A stretch of DNA of 64,000 bases from Candidatus Aenigmatarchaeota archaeon (GCA_025057985.1 JANXEV010000002.1:1104-65103), one strand, 5' to 3'. Shown: positions 1 through 8,907, counted from the first letter of the stretch. Made by a program: numbers and translations. The notes: generated by a model from the letters alone, not told the origin.

Positions 1-559
1 AATAACCTTGTTTTATAAGAAAACTTCTTATATCATCCTCTGTTAGCCCAGCGGCCTCTATTTGTATCAAATCTGCTGCGGCCGGTATAACTTTAACATC
101 ACTCAAACCATAGGTGTTTAATCTTTCTGTTAAAATTTTTACCACGCTTTGTAGATCTTCTTGTGTGAAATTACCTTTGGCTTTCAACAAAACTCTGACA
201 CCACCTTCAATATCAATTCCATAGCTCAAAACCTTTTCATGGTTTTCTCTAACTCTAACACCGATATCAGAGTTTTTTATAGCCACACAACTGGCTATCC
301 CTTTATCTGTTATTATCGGTACATTGTCCCCAATTTTAACGTTTCTTAAAACATTTTCATAATCATCTAAGGTTTTAATCTCTATGTTGTTAACAAATTT
401 TAATTTATCCCCAACATTTAACTCGGTACATTTAGCGCTTTCGTTGATATAAGAAACTTCTATCCAAGATTTTTTAAAGTAAATCCTAGACAAAGATAGC
501 AATGAGATTGCAATTAGAAAGATCAAAATTAATAATCTAACGTTTTTTACCAAATACAC
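1..559 (-). CDS. secD: Protein-export membrane protein SecD, N-terminal portion (continues beyond left edge)
   Basis: Own minus-strand translation from GTG at 559, with an in-frame stop immediately upstream: VYLVKNVRLLILIFLIAISLLSLS (TM helix), then ...SYGIDIEGGVRVLLKAKG...LTERLNTYGLSDVKV. This fits the SecD pattern. It overlaps and follows secF as in archaeal secFD operons. It is absent from the ORF track because it is open at the window edge. Confidence 0.75.
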   Translation of the reverse strand, partial: MYLVKNVRLLILIFLIAISLLSLSRIYFKKSWIEVSYINESAKCTELNVGDKLKFVNNIEIKTLDDYENVLRNVKIGDNVPIITDKGIASCVAIKNSDIGVRVRENHEKVLSYGIDIEGGVRVLLKAKGNFTQEDLQSVVKILTERLNTYGLSDVKVIPAAADLIQIEAAGLTEDDIRSFLIKQGY

Positions 560-1379
560 TCACCTCTATTATTCCAGCGTTTAATAGGTATGTGTTTATG
601 AGGTCGACGGCAAAACCTATTAGTAAAACTTGAGCTATATTATTCAAGAATGGAGAATCAGAGAAGATCAAAACTATAATCATAGATAGTATCAAACTAG
701 AGCTAATCGTCACTCCAGTTATTAAAGTTTTTTTGTATTGCTCGTAGAATTCTTCAATTTTACTACCCAAAAGTTTGGTTGAAAGTAATATATTACTATC
801 GATTGTATAAGCTATAACTAGGAGAATTGATGTAAACCCAGCGAATGTTATCGGTATATTTAGCAATGTTGTCATCCCAAAAATATAGATTATATTCGCG
901 AACGAAGAGAGTAATATCGTGGTCGCTACTGATATCCTTCTGTAGATGAAAAAGTTACCTATAAAAACGAGAACATACGCTATAGAAAGTAAGTATACTA
1001 CTTGTGAGAAGAAAGCCGTACCTAATTCTGGTCCTATAAATTGGACACTAATATCCTTAGGGTCCAAATCACTCTTTTTTATTATTTCTGTTACGTTTTC
1101 ATATGGAATTTCTGAAGGTAGAGTGATTTTTACCGAATATTCTTTTTCGGTTTTTGAAATAGATATCAATGTTTTTTCTCCAAACTCACCGAGAATTAAA
1201 GATACGTTTTGAATGGAAACTTCTTTTTCAGTGAGAAATGATATCGACGTGCCGCCTTTTAAATCTAAATCTCTAATGAAAAATTCACCGTTTTTTATAT
1301 AATGGTTTATCGACACGGCTAGGAATATCGTCAGTAAAATTAATGGAATTGGTAAAAACTTAGCAATTTTATATACCAT
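537..1379 (-). CDS. secF: Protein-export membrane protein SecF
   Basis: 280 aa. N-terminal TM helix, LDLKGGTSISF motif, FIGPELG, then six C-terminal TM helices ending in the IAYTIDSNILL block typical of SecF. Confidence 0.9.
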   Translation of the reverse strand: MVYKIAKFLPIPLILLTIFLAVSINHYIKNGEFFIRDLDLKGGTSISFLTEKEVSIQNVSLILGEFGEKTLISISKTEKEYSVKITLPSEIPYENVTEIIKKSDLDPKDISVQFIGPELGTAFFSQVVYLLSIAYVLVFIGNFFIYRRISVATTILLSSFANIIYIFGMTTLLNIPITFAGFTSILLVIAYTIDSNILLSTKLLGSKIEEFYEQYKKTLITGVTISSSLILSMIIVLIFSDSPFLNNIAQVLLIGFAVDLINTYLLNAGIIEVSVFGKKR

Positions 1380-1416
1380 TCAATTTTATTGGTTTAGTAA
1401 GTTTTAAAGATAGCTT

Positions 1417-1490
1417 AGCCCTGGGAGGGATTTGAACCCTCGTTCTCCCGCTTACGAGGCGGGCGCTTTTCCAGACTAAGCTACCAGGGC
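1417..1490 (-). tRNA. tRNA-Thr (anticodon CGU)
   Basis: Reverse complement folds as a cloverleaf: acceptor GCCCTGG/CCAGGGC, anticodon stem CCCGC/GCGGG with loop CTCGTAA, T arm GAGGG-TTCAAAT-CCCTC. 74 nt, no encoded CCA. Confidence 0.92.
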
Positions 1491-1542
1491 ATTATAATAT
1501 TTGGTAAAAAATCATTTTATTGTCAGAAGATAAAATATTTCA

Positions 1543-2520
1543 ATGGTAGAAAAATTCATGGAAGAAAAGGAAACAGTGTTTTGGAAGGCTGATAAAAAAG
1601 GAATAAAATGTAAGGTTTGTCATTTTAACTGTAACATTCCAGAAAATAAAAGGGGTTTGTGTGAAGTAAGAGAAAACAAAAAAAATTTTCTCTATCTTTC
1701 GGAGTTTGGTTGGATAGATGGTCTGGAGTTTAATAAAGTTGAAGAGAGGAGCCTTTATCACTTTCTACCAGGATCTGTCGTCGCAGCTGTTGATTTAAAA
1801 TCACCGGAAAGTTTTAAAATTTTACCGAAAGTTAAAAAATTTGAAAAGAAAATGAACCCACAAGAGTTGGTTTCTTACATAAAGTCTAAAGGAGCTAAGG
1901 CGATATTTTTTACAGGATCTGAGTCGGTAGGACATTATGAATATGTGGTTAAAGTTTTTAGGGAAGCAAAAAGGTCGAATATAAAAACAATACTAGGTAC
2001 TACGGGTTTGTTGGCCGAAGATCCGATAAAGAAGATAGCGAAATACACAGACGCTTTGGTTTTTTACGTTTTTGCTTCTGGTAATGCAGAATATTATAAA
2101 AACACTAATTTTTGGAAGAAAGTTGATGTTTGCTTGGAAACTTTAAAATTCTTCTACAGATATAGAATTTTCACAGAGGTGGTTAATATACTCAAAGTTG
2201 GTTATGAGAGTGTAGAAGATTGTGTTAAGTTGGGTGGTTGGATAGTAAGTAACATAGGGGCTGAAACACCGCTACATATTCTTAAAGGCGAAGTCAAAAT
2301 GAGTTTAGGAGAATTGAAGACCCTACACACAAAAGTTAAGGAAGCAGGACTTAGGTATGTTTATATAGATGGAGTTAAGGACGAGCTAATGGAGAGCACA
2401 TATTGCTACAACTGTGGTGGATTGATAGCGGAGAGAGTTGGTAACAAGTTTAAATCTATGAATTTGACGGGAGAGAGATGCCCTCAATGTGGGATAAAAC
2501 ATAACTTTGTTTTAGAGTGA
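1543..2520 (+). CDS. AmmeMemoRadiSam-type radical SAM family homolog lacking the CxxxCxxC motif (probable pseudoenzyme)
   Basis: N-terminal CKVCHFNCN..RGLCEVREN, an LYHFLPGS block, a family-like TIM-barrel backbone (..YEYVVKVFREAK.., ..GLRYVYIDG) and a C-terminal CYNCG..CPQCG ribbon. The segment after FLPGS reads VVAAVDLKSPESF and has no cysteine. Confidence 0.7.
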   Translation: MVEKFMEEKETVFWKADKKGIKCKVCHFNCNIPENKRGLCEVRENKKNFLYLSEFGWIDGLEFNKVEERSLYHFLPGSVVAAVDLKSPESFKILPKVKKFEKKMNPQELVSYIKSKGAKAIFFTGSESVGHYEYVVKVFREAKRSNIKTILGTTGLLAEDPIKKIAKYTDALVFYVFASGNAEYYKNTNFWKKVDVCLETLKFFYRYRIFTEVVNILKVGYESVEDCVKLGGWIVSNIGAETPLHILKGEVKMSLGELKTLHTKVKEAGLRYVYIDGVKDELMESTYCYNCGGLIAERVGNKFKSMNLTGERCPQCGIKHNFVLE

Positions 2521-2963
2521 GTTTTGTGAAAGAAGTGGATATAAAAGAAAAGATTGAAAAAGGTTGGATTTATTCGAGGCTTTGGTTTGAAGCTTTGGCT
2601 ATTAGTAAGGATGTAGTAGAGGAAAGTTTAAAAAACCATGTTGAAAAGTTGAAAAAATTGGAAAACTGTGTGGTTGTTTCCGAAAGATATGAGGAAACGA
2701 TAGAGCAAGAGAGACCACTACCAAGAATAGAGAAAGGTTTTTCTAAGGTGGTTGAAGTTGAAGTTTTAACAAAAAACATAGAAACTTTACTACATTTAAC
2801 CATATTTTTTGCACCATCTGCAGTCGAAGTTATAGAACCGGTTGAGTATAAAATAAATGCTGGCACGATCCAAACGATAATGAATACGGTCGCAGATTTG
2901 TTGCACAGGTTTGCCGCACAAGGTATAGGTGGTGTGGTAATCAGCGGAGTTTCTAAAAAATAA
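2517..2963 (+). CDS. Hypothetical protein (148 aa)
   Basis: GTG start overlaps the upstream stop (GTGA), suggesting translational coupling. Codon usage looks coding. I recognise no motif. Confidence 0.6.
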   Translation: MSFVKEVDIKEKIEKGWIYSRLWFEALAISKDVVEESLKNHVEKLKKLENCVVVSERYEETIEQERPLPRIEKGFSKVVEVEVLTKNIETLLHLTIFFAPSAVEVIEPVEYKINAGTIQTIMNTVADLLHRFAAQGIGGVVISGVSKK

Positions 2964-2986
2964 AATAACCTTAAATAAATATTCTA

Positions 2987-3859
2987 ATGAAGTGGGTATT
3001 AGTTTTGTCGATAATTCTCCTATTCCTACCTATAGGTTTTTCTAGGATAGACTACCTAGGAATAGATACTATCATCAAAGATTCTTCGGTTGAGATAAAT
3101 TTTGTAGTGACTAACACAAACTATTTTGAGTTTAAGATATATGGTTTGGTTTTAAATTACACAAGTAATTCTGATTGTAAATTGGAGGGTAATTTTTTTA
3201 AATGTAATCTTACAGACAAGGAAGATAAAATCAACCTTAAAGTTTATTTAAACAACATAATCGCTAAAGGCCCGAATAAAAACATTTTAACAAAACAATT
3301 TGAGTTGAAGGACGACGTTGAAGTTGTGAGTGTTTTGGTGACGCTTCCAGTTGGTATGGTTTTGGTAGAAGAAAAAGACGCTGTTTTTCCCTCTAACTTC
3401 AAAACTCTAACAAACGGTAGAAATATAATAGTTTATTGGGAGCTTAACAACGTTTCTAAGTTTCAACCACTTTCTTTTAAAGTAACTTATGCTCCTAGTA
3501 TACCAGAAGAAAGCGCTCTCGTCAGATTTTTAAAAAGTTTCTACATGGTTTTGTTCATTTCGATAGTGTTTTTGATTTTGCTAATTTATGAGTTGTTTAG
3601 GACTAGGAGGGTTATAGTTAAAAAAATAATTAAGGTTCCAACGGAAAAAATAGTTTTGGAAGTTTTGGATCCGGATGAGAAAAAAATTTATGAGATAGTT
3701 CAAAAAGAGGGTAAGATCAAACAAAATAGGTTAGTGGAGTTGACAGGCTTTTCTAAAGTCAAAGTTTCCCGTGTTGTAAAAAGTTTGAAGGATAAGAAAT
3801 TGATAAATGTGGAAAAACTTGGTAAAACGAATTTAATAAGTTTAAGAAAAAAAGGTTAG
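2987..3859 (+). CDS. Membrane-tethered winged-helix DNA-binding protein
   Basis: N-terminal signal/TM segment (WVLVLSIILLFLPIGF), then about 165 aa with NxT/S sequons, then a second TM (FYMVLFISIVFLILLIYELF). The C-terminus is wHTH-like: LDPDEKKIYEIVQKEGKIKQNRLVELTGFSKVKVSRVVKSLKDKKLI. Confidence 0.65.
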   Translation: MKWVLVLSIILLFLPIGFSRIDYLGIDTIIKDSSVEINFVVTNTNYFEFKIYGLVLNYTSNSDCKLEGNFFKCNLTDKEDKINLKVYLNNIIAKGPNKNILTKQFELKDDVEVVSVLVTLPVGMVLVEEKDAVFPSNFKTLTNGRNIIVYWELNNVSKFQPLSFKVTYAPSIPEESALVRFLKSFYMVLFISIVFLILLIYELFRTRRVIVKKIIKVPTEKIVLEVLDPDEKKIYEIVQKEGKIKQNRLVELTGFSKVKVSRVVKSLKDKKLINVEKLGKTNLISLRKKG

Positions 3860-3867
3860 TAGGAGAG

Positions 3868-4155
3868 TTATTTAAACACACCTTTTCTTATTCTTTCTAT
3901 TATACCTTTTTTCTTCACATCTTCTTCTATTTTCTCACTCTTGACGTTTAGAACATTTTCTAATTCTTTTAGGAAATCCGGATCTTCGATCTTGTTTTTA
4001 GCAAACTTTATCATAGTTCTAGTCAAATCCCTAATCGTTATCGGTTTTTTTAGTTTTTGCTCTAAACCCAACTTTAACTCTATAAGGTCTTGATATTCGT
4101 CGTTTTTTATCGGCAAAGATTTTTGGTAGTATTTCATAAAGTTTTTTGTTTTCAT
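3868..4155 (-). CDS. Hypothetical small protein (95 aa, Lys/Glu-rich)
   Basis: ORF overlaps the stop of the upstream FkbM gene by 4 nt (co-transcribed). No motif recognised. Confidence 0.5.
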   Translation of the reverse strand: MKTKNFMKYYQKSLPIKNDEYQDLIELKLGLEQKLKKPITIRDLTRTMIKFAKNKIEDPDFLKELENVLNVKSEKIEEDVKKKGIIERIRKGVFK

Positions 4156-4997
4156 TCAAAATAAAAAACGTTAACCATGTCCATTTTATCAGACCTATAA
4201 GGAAAGTTATTCGAGTAAACTATTCTATATCCGTATTTGTTTAGATATCTAAGTATTTTTCTGAGAATTTTTCTAGAGTGAATTTCTATTATTATTTTTG
4301 GTTTGAATTTTTCTATGGTGTTTTTACTACCTATCAATGTGTGGTACTCATAACCTTCCACATCTATTTTTAAAAGGTTGACTGGCTCGAGTTTGTATTT
4401 CTTTACTAAATTATCTATGGTTGTTGTTTCCGACGAAATAGTTTTGTTTTTGTATTTTATTCTAATTTTTGAAATTTTAGAAGAGACAGCTTTGTTCACA
4501 GGAAAGATTTTTCCACCCAATCCATTTAACTCGATGTTTTTTAAGAGTTGTTCGTAATAATCTGGATTCGGTTCGACGGATATACATTTCGCACATTTAC
4601 TAGAAACGTATATTGAATATTCTCCACAAGTTGATCCACAGTCTACCACACCCCATTCTTTTTTCGGTATAAAATTATTTAGTCTTGAATACTGTTTGTA
4701 GAAATAGATTTCCATTAGTGAATGATTTATTTCAGGGTAGGGATGGAATTTAACTTTGTATAATTTTTCCACCCTTTTTACAATTTTATAGGAAAGGTTG
4801 GCATCTATTTTAGTGATCACGGCCTCTAGTTGGTTTTTTAAAAAACCTCTAAAAACAGATTTTAAAACTTTAGCCACAAGTCTACAGACTTGGAAGAAGA
4901 AAATATCTAAATATCCTTTTCTTAAAGTTATATTTAGATAAAAAAGATTAACATAAAAATGTTCGTTGACAATTTTCTTAAACCTTTTCAAAATCAT
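4152..4997 (-). CDS. FkbM-family SAM-dependent methyltransferase
   Basis: VVDCGSTCGEYSIY (SAM-binding loop) and LLKIDVEGYEYHTLIGS, the characteristic FkbM block. Confidence 0.75.
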   Translation of the reverse strand: MILKRFKKIVNEHFYVNLFYLNITLRKGYLDIFFFQVCRLVAKVLKSVFRGFLKNQLEAVITKIDANLSYKIVKRVEKLYKVKFHPYPEINHSLMEIYFYKQYSRLNNFIPKKEWGVVDCGSTCGEYSIYVSSKCAKCISVEPNPDYYEQLLKNIELNGLGGKIFPVNKAVSSKISKIRIKYKNKTISSETTTIDNLVKKYKLEPVNLLKIDVEGYEYHTLIGSKNTIEKFKPKIIIEIHSRKILRKILRYLNKYGYRIVYSNNFPYRSDKMDMVNVFYFE

Positions 4998-5031
4998 AAT
5001 GAATTAATAATTCTAAGATTTTATACTTTTC

Positions 5032-6120
5032 ATGAGGATACTTCAGGTTGGAGTTACTCTACCAGAGGTTGGTGGAGCAGAGAGACATATTTATGAATTG
5101 TGTAAGAGGTTATCAGAAAAGATGGAAGTAATATTATTGACGCAAAAAGCTTCTAGACCGAAGGGTTTTTTACCAAAAGTAAAAATAGTTGAAGTGCCTG
5201 TTATTAGAAAAAATGTTTACCTTAGAAACCTCTCTTTCTCCATTTTTTCAATAATTCCATTAATAAAGGTGATACTTAAAGAAAAACCAGATTTGATCCA
5301 CATTCACTACGGTGTTTTTCAATCTATTTTAGGTTTGTTATCGAGAATTTTTGGTAAAAAAATTGTATACACAGTTCATGGTTTTAGTGGGTGGAGGATG
5401 TCTAAGAAAATAATAAGGAATTTGGTTACTCTTATTTTAAACCATTCTTATAAAGTAGTTTGTGTAAGCCCGGCTGTTGTTGAAGATTTGGGAAAGTTTG
5501 GGGTTAAAAAAAGAAAAATGGTTTACATCCCAAATGGTATTAATTTTAAAGATTTCAAAATAAAACATAGGAAGGTTAAAAAGAATATAACTTTTTTTGG
5601 TAGATTGCACAAACAAAAAGGAGTGGAGTATTTGATATTGGCTTTCAAGAAAATTTACAAATCTCATAGAGACTTTAAATTAATCATAATAGGTGACGGT
5701 CCTGATAGGAAAAGATTGGAAGAAATGTGTGGAGATATTGCGAACAGAGTAATATTTACGGGTTATGTGGATAGAAAGAAGTTGATTAGATATCTCATGG
5801 AGTCTTGTATGATCGTTTTACCATCTTTATATGAAGGTTTTCCTCTGGCTTTGTTAGAAGCGATGTGTTCAGGAAGACCAGTGATAACAACAAACATAAA
5901 GCCTATAAGGAGTGTGGTAAAAGATGGAGTGATATTTGTTGGTGTGAAAGATGTTGAAGGTCTGAGTAGGAGAATTATCAAGTTGATTAAAAACCAGAGG
6001 TTAAGAGAGTTTATAGGTAGAAAAGGAAGAGAAGTAGCTAAGAAATTTGATTGGAGTTTTGTGGTCGATGAACATATAAAGTTGTATAATCTATTAATAT
6101 CGAAGTGTTATGATTATTAA
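5032..6120 (+). CDS. Glycosyltransferase family 4 (GT-B)
   Basis: N-terminal MRILQVGVTLPEVGGAERH and a C-terminal EGFPLALLEAMCSGRPVITT block (E-x7-E type GT4 signature). Confidence 0.85.
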   Translation: MRILQVGVTLPEVGGAERHIYELCKRLSEKMEVILLTQKASRPKGFLPKVKIVEVPVIRKNVYLRNLSFSIFSIIPLIKVILKEKPDLIHIHYGVFQSILGLLSRIFGKKIVYTVHGFSGWRMSKKIIRNLVTLILNHSYKVVCVSPAVVEDLGKFGVKKRKMVYIPNGINFKDFKIKHRKVKKNITFFGRLHKQKGVEYLILAFKKIYKSHRDFKLIIIGDGPDRKRLEEMCGDIANRVIFTGYVDRKKLIRYLMESCMIVLPSLYEGFPLALLEAMCSGRPVITTNIKPIRSVVKDGVIFVGVKDVEGLSRRIIKLIKNQRLREFIGRKGREVAKKFDWSFVVDEHIKLYNLLISKCYDY

Positions 6121-7244
6121 TGAAGATAGCTCAAGTTTGTCCATTTTTCTATCCAGTTTTGGGTGGAATGGAAAAACATGTCTTGGAAATTTCTAAAGAA
6201 CTTGTGAAAAATGGTTTTGAAGTTACCGTGCTGTGTAGTAATATCGATAGAAGCGGGAGAATTTTAAAAAACGAGCAGGTTTTTGATTCGATTTTGATTA
6301 AAAGATTTAAGGTTTACTTCAAAATCTCAGAGTTTGCATCGTTTTTTCCTGGAGTTTTTAGAGAGGTAAGAAAGCAAAAATATGATGTCGTACATGCCCA
6401 TGCCTACAGACATCCCCACAACTTTGTAGTATATTTTTCCAATAAACCGATGGTATTGACACCACACTATCCTATTTATCCTTTAAGTGGAAAGTTGAGA
6501 AATATATACACTAAAATTTTTGACAAAATGTTTGGCGCGAGTTTAATGAAAAGATATAAAAAAATAATAGCGTTGACTGATGGGGAAAAGGAGTGGTTGA
6601 CGAGTTCATTCTTTATACCTGGCTCTAAAATTGAAGTTGTGCCAAACGGTGTGAGTGAAAAATATTTAGATAGACATGATCCGGAAATTTTTTTGAAAAA
6701 ATTCAAGATAGATAGAAACAAATTTATTATACTTTCTGTTGGTAGGTTGAGTAAATCTAAAGGATTTCAAGATTTGATAGAGGTTTTGAGTTTTTTACCA
6801 GAAAATATAAGAAAGGATATTGTTTTGGTGATAATCGGGCCAGATGGTGGTTATTATAAAAAATTAGTCGATTTGGTTGTGGAAAAAAAATTAAAGAATG
6901 TGATTTTCACAGGAGAAGTTAGCGAAGAAGTAAAACTATCAGCTTATGAAGCTTGTGATTTGTTTATTCTTCCTTCTTACTGGGAAGGTTTTGGTATAAC
7001 ACTTTTGGAAGCTATGGCTAAGAATAAAATTGTAATGGCAAGGAATGTAGGCGGTCAAAAGTATGTGGTGCCTGAGAAAGAATTTTTGTTTAAGGATTTG
7101 GATGAACTGAAGAAAAAATTGGAATTGGTGTATGAAGGAAAATTGAAGAAAAAGTTAGATTACAGGAAGATAGTAAAAGAGAGATATTTATGGAGTAAGG
7201 TTGCTAAAAAAATAATGGATGTTTATGAAGAGGTTTGTAGGTAG
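6120..7244 (+). CDS. Glycosyltransferase family 4 (GT-B)
   Basis: MKIAQVCPFFYPVLGGMEKH and EGFGITLLEAMAKNKIVMA. One-nucleotide overlap with the upstream GT4 gene. Confidence 0.85.
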   Translation: MKIAQVCPFFYPVLGGMEKHVLEISKELVKNGFEVTVLCSNIDRSGRILKNEQVFDSILIKRFKVYFKISEFASFFPGVFREVRKQKYDVVHAHAYRHPHNFVVYFSNKPMVLTPHYPIYPLSGKLRNIYTKIFDKMFGASLMKRYKKIIALTDGEKEWLTSSFFIPGSKIEVVPNGVSEKYLDRHDPEIFLKKFKIDRNKFIILSVGRLSKSKGFQDLIEVLSFLPENIRKDIVLVIIGPDGGYYKKLVDLVVEKKLKNVIFTGEVSEEVKLSAYEACDLFILPSYWEGFGITLLEAMAKNKIVMARNVGGQKYVVPEKEFLFKDLDELKKKLELVYEGKLKKKLDYRKIVKERYLWSKVAKKIMDVYEEVCR

Positions 7245-7752
7245 TAAGAAAAGAATTTTAAATGTTGGTTGTGGAAGCGACACTTATGGTACTCATTTTG
7301 TTGATTTATATCCAACGAGGAAGGAGGTAGTAAAATGTAATGTGGATGAAGAAAGGTTACCCTTCAGAAGTAATTTTTTTGACGAAGTTTATTCGAAGAA
7401 TTTACTCGAACATTTAAGGAACCCGAGTTTTTGTTTAAAAGAAATGAAAAGGGTTTTGAAAAAAGGAGGAGAGTTGGTTATTATAACAGATAATGCATCT
7501 TATTGGGTTTGGGCTGTCGGCAAAACTCATCATGGTGGTTATTCTTCTGGCTTTTCTGAGGATAAACATTATTCTATCTACCTTCCAGAACATTTGGTGA
7601 ATCATTTGAAGAAATTAGGGTTTAGGAGAATTAGGTTTGATTTTATTTTGGATAGTGACAACTTTTTGATTAAAATGATAGATAAATTTTTGAGTTTAAC
7701 ACCTCTTAGAAGACTCGGTTTCAAAAGGTTTAAAATCGTCGCGTTGAAATAA
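7219..7752 (+). CDS. Class I SAM-dependent methyltransferase
   Basis: ILNVGCGSDTYG (motif I), FDEVYSKNLLEHL, and LKKGGELVIIT. Overlaps the upstream GT4 by 26 nt. ATG at 7225 is an alternative start. Confidence 0.75.
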   Translation: MFMKRFVGSKKRILNVGCGSDTYGTHFVDLYPTRKEVVKCNVDEERLPFRSNFFDEVYSKNLLEHLRNPSFCLKEMKRVLKKGGELVIITDNASYWVWAVGKTHHGGYSSGFSEDKHYSIYLPEHLVNHLKKLGFRRIRFDFILDSDNFLIKMIDKFLSLTPLRRLGFKRFKIVALK

Positions 7753-7757
7753 TAGGT

Positions 7758-8630
7758 ATGTATTCAGCGCTGATAACGGCTTATAGGGAAGAGAAAACTG
7801 TCGGTAGGGTTATAGAGAGTTTCCTTAAAGAATTGCCAAAAAATTCTGAGATATTCGTTGTGGCTCCTGATGATGAAACCTTGAAAGTAGCTAGAGAGTA
7901 TTCGAAGAAAAGTAGGAGAGTTAAGTTTTTGAAAGATCGGGGCAAAGGTAAACCAAGCGCTTTAAATTTAGCTTTTTCTAAGGTTTCAGGCAAAATCATA
8001 ATTTTGACAGATGGTGATGTGGTTATAGAGGAGGGATCGGTGAGAAATCTTTTGAAACATTTTAAAGATAAAAAGGTGGGGATTGTTAGCGGGAGGGTTG
8101 TTTATTTGATTCCAGAGAAATCGATTTTCTACGAATGGGCTAAGTTAAGCGAGAGGGTTTTTGATAAAATGAGGAAAGAGCAGGATAGGAAGGGAGAGTT
8201 TTGGCATCCAACTGGCTATTTGTACGCTTTAAGAAGAAATTTGGTGGAGAGAATTCCATCTAATTCTTTGTCGGACGATGCGGTGATAGGTTATTTGGTT
8301 AAGTCCAAAGGTTATTTGGTTAGATATGAGCCCAGGGCTGTGGTTTATGTTAAATTCCCTTTAACTATCAGGGATTTCATTAAACAAAAATCTAGAACGA
8401 GAGCGGGGTTTTTGCAACTTAGAAGATGGTTTGGGTTTTTTGGTAGGAGAATTTCTTCTGAGATCTCTCTTGGTTTTAGAGATTTGTTCAAGATTTATGG
8501 GTTTAAGAAGTTTTATAAAATGGTTTTCGTTGGTTTGATTTATTTGATTTCTTGGATTAGAGCTTATTGGTTGATTTATAGAGGGGCTTCTTTTAAGAAG
8601 ATATGGGAAAGGGTTGAAAGCACGAAGTAA
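7758..8630 (+). CDS. Glycosyltransferase family 2
   Basis: GT-A fold pattern: SALITAYREEKTV, then ILTDGDVV (DxD), followed by a C-terminal TM segment. Confidence 0.8.
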   Translation: MYSALITAYREEKTVGRVIESFLKELPKNSEIFVVAPDDETLKVAREYSKKSRRVKFLKDRGKGKPSALNLAFSKVSGKIIILTDGDVVIEEGSVRNLLKHFKDKKVGIVSGRVVYLIPEKSIFYEWAKLSERVFDKMRKEQDRKGEFWHPTGYLYALRRNLVERIPSNSLSDDAVIGYLVKSKGYLVRYEPRAVVYVKFPLTIRDFIKQKSRTRAGFLQLRRWFGFFGRRISSEISLGFRDLFKIYGFKKFYKMVFVGLIYLISWIRAYWLIYRGASFKKIWERVESTK

Positions 8631-8637
8631 TTTTTCT

Positions 8638-8655
8638 ACTTTATAAACTTTATAA
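8638..8655. repeat. Tandem 9-bp duplication ACTTTATAA x2 (each copy TATA-box-like)
   Basis: Read directly: ACTTTATAA at 8638..8646 and again at 8647..8655, just after the GT2 stop codon. Confidence 0.6.
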
Positions 8656-8784
8656 ACTGATTTTTCAGAAGATATTATATTTTGTTTTCTTCTCTATTTT
8701 CTATATTTTTTTAATTTTCTTTGAAACAATTAGAGAAAAAAATTTTGATTTTTTTCATTAAATGAGAAATTTTTTATGTTTTTA

Positions 8785-8806
8785 TTGAAACGTTGAAACC
8801 GTTTCA
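8785..8806 (+). promoter_or_regulatory. GAAAC repeat cluster / 7-bp hairpin upstream of the S-layer promoter
   Basis: TTGAAAC occurs twice in direct orientation (8785..8791, 8793..8799), followed by the inverted copy. TGAAACG (8786..8792) pairs with CGTTTCA (8800..8806). Confidence 0.35.
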
Positions 8807-8813
8807 GGATAAG

Positions 8814-8821
8814 CTTAAATA
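8814..8821 (+). promoter_or_regulatory. Candidate TATA box of the S-layer gene (CTTAAATA)
   Basis: A/T-rich octamer. The expected TSS about 26 nt downstream (near 8845) would fall just before the 12-bp leader stem. Confidence 0.3.
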
Positions 8822-8850
8822 GGCTCTAGACAACAATAAATTAGTATGAT

Positions 8851-8907
8851 CGCCTTGTACACGACAGTATAGAGCTTAAAAGCGATGAAAAGCTGGTGTA
8901 CAAGGCG
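8851..8907 (+). promoter_or_regulatory. 5' leader stem-loop of the S-layer mRNA (12-bp perfect stem)
   Basis: CGCCTTGTACAC (8851..8862) is the exact reverse complement of GTGTACAAGGCG (8896..8907). An inner 5-bp helix pairs AGCTT (8873..8877) with AAGCT (8890..8894). SD AGGAGG at 8927..8932, ATG at 8939. Confidence 0.6.

Noticed and set aside
161-349. 62-aa plus-strand ORF from the track
   Set aside because: It lies antisense inside the secD coding region, which has a clear SecD translation on the minus strand. It has no start context or motif.
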